Part shown: one piece after another, positions 59,993 to 64,000 of the stretch
Layout: each line of letters opens with the position of its first letter
How positions within the stretch are numbered: the stretch's first letter is position 1
Assembly (NCBI GenBank): GCA_026025075.1
Contig: JAPEUI010000006.1
Coordinates: 62,001 to 126,000 of the forward strand
Origin: Vezdaea acicularis
Taxonomy: Eukaryota
Length of the DNA stretch: 64,000 bases
Direction of reading: 5' to 3'
Translations under genes and position numbers: made by a program
The notes under the pieces: model-generated
What the model saw: the letters and a program-made list of their open reading frames with translations, nothing else
Database searches by the model: none
Told to the model about the DNA's origin: nothing

Positions 59993-62569
59993 TCAGTTTT
60001 CATCGGAATCGTCCGCGAACATATCTTCGGCCTTGGGCCGTCTGCGATGAGATGCACCTGTCTGGAGTTGCGTCGAACTAGCTGACGGCGGGTCGCCCTT
60101 CGATGTGGGACTTGATCGAGCTTGAACTTCCTGCTCCATGACCTTGCCGCTTTTCTGAACGGGTGGTTCGATGTCGTAAGGATTGTGCTCAACCAATTGT
60201 TCGCTCTCTATATCCTCCATAGGATCGCCATCCACATCCGCATCCAGATCCTCCATCTCCTCTCCATCTACGTCCTCCATAACTTCTCCATCTACCTGGG
60301 ATAAGTCGTCCTCGTCCATAGCATCTAAGTCCGATGACGGATAGTTAATAGCAGACGGATTCTGTGCCGCGTCAGAAATGACGGGAGCCACGTTAAGTGA
60401 TTGGTGAGAGGTGGCATCGACCGCTTTCCATTTGGATTTCGCTCCAGAGTTTACTGCTGAACTTGCATTCGCTGCTGATAAAGCTGCCTCTTCAGCAGCA
60501 GTTGGAGGCGGATTTGTAAGGATGTCTGCGAAGTGTTCCTGAGAGGTTTGTGGGAAGACACACCAACCTTCCCAAAGTGTTAGTACACTACCAACACTTC
60601 TCTTCCATTTCTCAGCTCTCAAGCGGCCCCAATTCATTTCTTTCTCCAGCCTACCGAGCTTTTCGAAAATCTGTCTTTGCCTTAAGGCGGATTCAAAGAG
60701 TTGTCTATACCTCCAGGCGTGCCGAACCCCACTTGTTGACGAGGAAGAGAGGATATCAGAAATCAAGTACAGGCCAATGAGCTTCGATGAGCTCTGATCT
60801 TCTGAATCCCTTTGTGCTTTTTCCTCAACATCTTCACTGCTGCTCTCACCTTCGTCCTTTTTCCAGTCGGGATTGGCGCTAGTAAAAGCAAAAGGCCTTT
60901 CGATGTTGGAAATTATCATGTCCACAATTTCATCACCACCTTCACCGGCATGCTCTATTGCAAATGCTGTGACGCGCGCAACGTCTCCTTTACGAAGTTT
61001 GGCATTACTTGTGGGAAGCCTCGCAAGCAGGTGAGTAAGCTTCGCTTTTCGTAGAGGGTTGAGGTAGAATCGATTATCCGCCATGCTTCCTGGCATTGTT
61101 TTATCTGAAGGGGGCGGACCTCCATGATAATGGTGTCGGCTTTGGTCGTTCTCCTCACCAGAGTCGTCGTCCTCTGAAGAATCATATTCAGATCCAGACA
61201 CAAATTCCTCGAGTTTCGTGGTATATTGAAACCGTAGTCCTCTGCCAGTTGCCACCCAAGGGACACCGGTATCAAATATATTCTGCGGAACTCCACTTCG
61301 TACCGCAGGGCCATAGGTATCTCCTGCCTCGGCCCCAGAGATGATCTCCCACAAGCGCCACCGGTACCAGACACCCCCAACACTACGAGCGTCCCATAGC
61401 CAAGCCCATTTCTCATCTTGCTGAACGTCGGGCCTACTCATTAGCAGCGCCTCAAAATCTGGTCCGTGGGTCACCAGAGCCTCCAGTGTCTTGTGGATGA
61501 GCTTCAATTGTCTAAGATCTGAGGGTGGGCGAACAGCCACCTGGAAAGGTTGGGCGGATTTCGATCCGGGGGGTCCAAAAGATACTGGGGGGCCGTAGCC
61601 ACCACGGTGGGTGGTTGATGGAGGTGGTGCTCTGTTCATAGAGCTGGCTGGTGGGATAGGAGCGGGCTTCGCTCCAAATGGCATTGCCGAAAGATTAGGG
61701 TTCAGGCCTGCTGTAATCGATGTATTTGCGCTTAGAGCAGCTGACGAAAGATGTCGCGATAATGAGAGGTAAAATCCCCACCCGAGGTATCTGTTCTGTA
61801 GACCATTGACGGTGGTATCGATATCATTTGCGGCCGTATCTTTCGCAAGCGTGACGATGGCAGATATTGACTTACGATCTGTTCCTGAGAATCCTGGCCC
61901 AGCAGGAGGCATGATTCTTACGTTATCAACCGCAAGAAATGGCCGTAGCAACGCCTTGATGACACTAGGAGAGGTTCCAGGAGGAAGCGAGGACAGCTGC
62001 AGAGTTGGCTTTGGAGCAATGTGCTCTGCTGGCTTCCCTTCCCGTATATCATCCTCATCTTCAGAAAGCTGGAAGGCGGCCGCAGTAGGCGCCAAGGAAG
62101 TGGTCTCACTTCTTTCCCGCCCAAAGGGCCCTTGCGCTCCTTCTCCTCGAGAGGTACCGTCGTTCGCTCTCTTCCTCGAGATAGATGTAGGAGCAGGTCC
62201 CAGACTCCCGGGTCCCTTTAGAGGCCCTACAGCTCGGTTTCCGCTTGATGCGCCCTTCCCGACACTAAGCGGCGTTGGGAGAGCTGGAAAATGTCGCTTT
62301 GGAGGACCGCCAGAGCTGGAAACTCCACTGGAGAGACTTGTTTTACCAAACGCAGATGGTCTGTCTATGCTATCTAAAGAGATAGGAGCCCCATCGCCAT
62401 CCTCGAAAGATTTGACAAAGTCTTCATAAACTGCCGCAGTCTCTGCTTCTTCGCGAAGGCGCTTTGCCTCTGCGTCCGCCCTCTGTCTTTCAAACAAAGA
62501 TTTTTTAGTGGGAGCTGACAATTTTGAGCTGATATCAGGAAACTCTTTGATCTTTGAAGATTCCGCCAT
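59993..62569 (-). CDS. U2 snRNP-associated SURP/CID protein (SR140/U2SURP-like)
   Basis: KKSLFERQRADAEAKR...VYEDFVKSF, SURP-like LIHKTLE...HGPDFEALLM...WYRWRLW, CID-like LYLISDILSSS...WRYRQ...WEGW, acidic DVDGDPM tail. Confidence 0.88.
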   Translation of the reverse strand: MAESSKIKEFPDISSKLSAPTKKSLFERQRADAEAKRLREEAETAAVYEDFVKSFEDGDGAPISLDSIDRPSAFGKTSLSSGVSSSGGPPKRHFPALPTPLSVGKGASSGNRAVGPLKGPGSLGPAPTSISRKRANDGTSRGEGAQGPFGRERSETTSLAPTAAAFQLSEDEDDIREGKPAEHIAPKPTLQLSSLPPGTSPSVIKALLRPFLAVDNVRIMPPAGPGFSGTDRKSISAIVTLAKDTAANDIDTTVNGLQNRYLGWGFYLSLSRHLSSAALSANTSITAGLNPNLSAMPFGAKPAPIPPASSMNRAPPPSTTHRGGYGPPVSFGPPGSKSAQPFQVAVRPPSDLRQLKLIHKTLEALVTHGPDFEALLMSRPDVQQDEKWAWLWDARSVGGVWYRWRLWEIISGAEAGDTYGPAVRSGVPQNIFDTGVPWVATGRGLRFQYTTKLEEFVSGSEYDSSEDDDSGEENDQSRHHYHGGPPPSDKTMPGSMADNRFYLNPLRKAKLTHLLARLPTSNAKLRKGDVARVTAFAIEHAGEGGDEIVDMIISNIERPFAFTSANPDWKKDEGESSSEDVEEKAQRDSEDQSSSKLIGLYLISDILSSSSTSGVRHAWRYRQLFESALRQRQIFEKLGRLEKEMNWGRLRAEKWKRSVGSVLTLWEGWCVFPQTSQEHFADILTNPPPTAAEEAALSAANASSAVNSGAKSKWKAVDATSHQSLNVAPVISDAAQNPSAINYPSSDLDAMDEDDLSQVDGEVMEDVDGEEMEDLDADVDGDPMEDIESEQLVEHNPYDIEPPVQKSGKVMEQEVQARSSPTSKGDPPSASSTQLQTGASHRRRPKAEDMFADDSDEN

Positions 62570-63600
62570 AGTTGGATGCAAGGAGTGATGAGATCGAGCC
62601 TTATGCAATGTAAATCTTTCGCGAGATGGTGTATCTTAAGAATGAATGCGGAGAACCCTTGCCGTATACGGATGTACAACTACGTGTAGCCTGGTTGAGA
62701 CAGTGTTTGAATATAGTCCAACGAGTTGAGACCTTAAGCCACTCAAGAGAGATGAATAAAGGCAGTGAACTTTCAACTCAGTGATTATGGCTGGTGGATG
62801 AGGTACTCCTCCATTCCGACCCGATTTTATTTATACGACTATACGTGAACAGTCTTGAGAAGCAAGGATTTGCATAAATCTAATCAGCTAGTAGAGCAAT
62901 TCCTAAGGGGCTGGAGTATTGAAATAATCTCGCGACCAATACCAAGCTTATTCTGATAGAGTTTCCACGCTACCAGCGGCTCCGAGCTTGTACCTCGCAG
63001 AAAAAGAGCGTCAGATCTTGAGCCAGCAGCAGCCAGAAGGGATACTTGTCAGCGCAAACAGTCGCAACGGTGAAATTTAATAGCTTAATCCGCAAGAATG
63101 AAAGCATAATCTCCCTGATATGATGAATGTGAAATTTTCTCTCAGCGATATATGCTTACGCGCACTGTACTTTCGAAGCCCGAGCCCTTCAATTGAGGGA
63201 GAACACATCAACCTTTCTCTTTCGGGCTAAACCGCTTCTGCCTAGCAAATTCTCATGCGCGTCGCCTGATTGGTTGAACTGACTAGATCAGACGAGCCGC
63301 AGGTTGAACGAACTCGGCAAGATCCTCAAGTCACTTCGAAGAACCAAGTGCGTCCCTTCTCCTCATCAGCTTCACGCCCGTAAATTAAATTCTTCCTCAT
63401 CGTCACTTCATCTTTGGCGTCTGTCCGCTTCGAAAATACCCTCTAGGCACCGCTCTCATCATCCCCAGCTTCCGCGATCTCACGCAATCTGAATCTGACC
63501 TATACCAGTCTCGCCTTCAACTTCATCTCCGTCTCTTTACCCTTCAATCTAAGCTTTTCCAAACTTCCATCTGGACTTCTCAAATGGTCGCGCTTCCTAG

Positions 63601-64000
63601 ATGACCAATCCTCCTCCTCACCAGAACCTCCAGTCCTCGATTGCTTCTGGCACGAACAACCTTCCTGGTGCTGCCTCGCCAACAAGCCCACAATCGGCTG
63701 GGGGCTTTCCAACGCTCCTCTTCAACAGCCGCCCGCGGAATCTTCCCCCCATATCTACAGCCTCCGCAGCTACCCCGACTGGTACTGCCTTTACCCACAC
63801 CTCACCATCTCATGGGAGTCGACAAGGTCACCGGTCACAGAATTACTCTTCGACTGTCTCACCATTTACTTCGTCCTTCTCATCGATTTTGAACACATCT
63901 GGTCGCATTCCGAGCACACGACTGAATCAGCCTCAGTCCTCAACACAAGCCGCTGGCCAAACTGGATCACAGCAGCCATCAGAGATTTCGCTGCTGTCTT
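63601..64000 (+). CDS. 5' end of a gene with an S/P/T-rich low-complexity N-terminus (runs off the window)
   Basis: ATG at 63601 (MTNPPPHQNLQ...) is open without a stop to the window end and is preceded by a CT-rich leader. Confidence 0.6.
   Translation, partial: MTNPPPHQNLQSSIASGTNNLPGAASPTSPQSAGGFPTLLFNSRPRNLPPISTASAATPTGTAFTHTSPSHGSRQGHRSQNYSSTVSPFTSSFSSILNTSGRIPSTRLNQPQSSTQAAGQTGSQQPSEISLLS

Overview
Eukaryotic, gene-dense DNA from a filamentous ascomycete (Pezizomycotina-like). It has short GT-AG introns with CTRAC branch points and about 29 protein-coding genes. Most are conserved housekeeping genes: DPM1, ILV2, GAL1, NST1, RHO2, MRPL28, a MARCH5-like RINGv ligase, TFC6, an SRP2-like SR protein, ETF-QO, a GDS1-like protein, OMS1, a sarcosine/pipecolate oxidase-like enzyme, TBP, AIM21, TVP18, NTF2, a HAD hydrolase and an SR140-like protein. 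I found no prokaryotic features, CRISPR, tRNA/rRNA or recognisable transposase. The most unusual region is a ~3.4 kb accessory island between GAL1 and NST1 (about 10990-14340). It holds a 64-bp duplication, a 136-bp tandem array with a palindrome of conserved arms and variable loop upstream of a TATA box and an orphan 3-exon gene, a 471-bp tandem duplication encoding two small secreted 2-Cys peptides with hypervariable C-termini, and a 45-bp repeat. Other points of interest are a candidate H/ACA snoRNA in a TVP18 intron, long or structured introns in the SR gene, 6-nt microexons, a kinase-SH3 gene and near-abutting convergent genes. All calls are by eye from sequence and remembered protein motifs; no database searches were run. 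CDS coordinates span introns.
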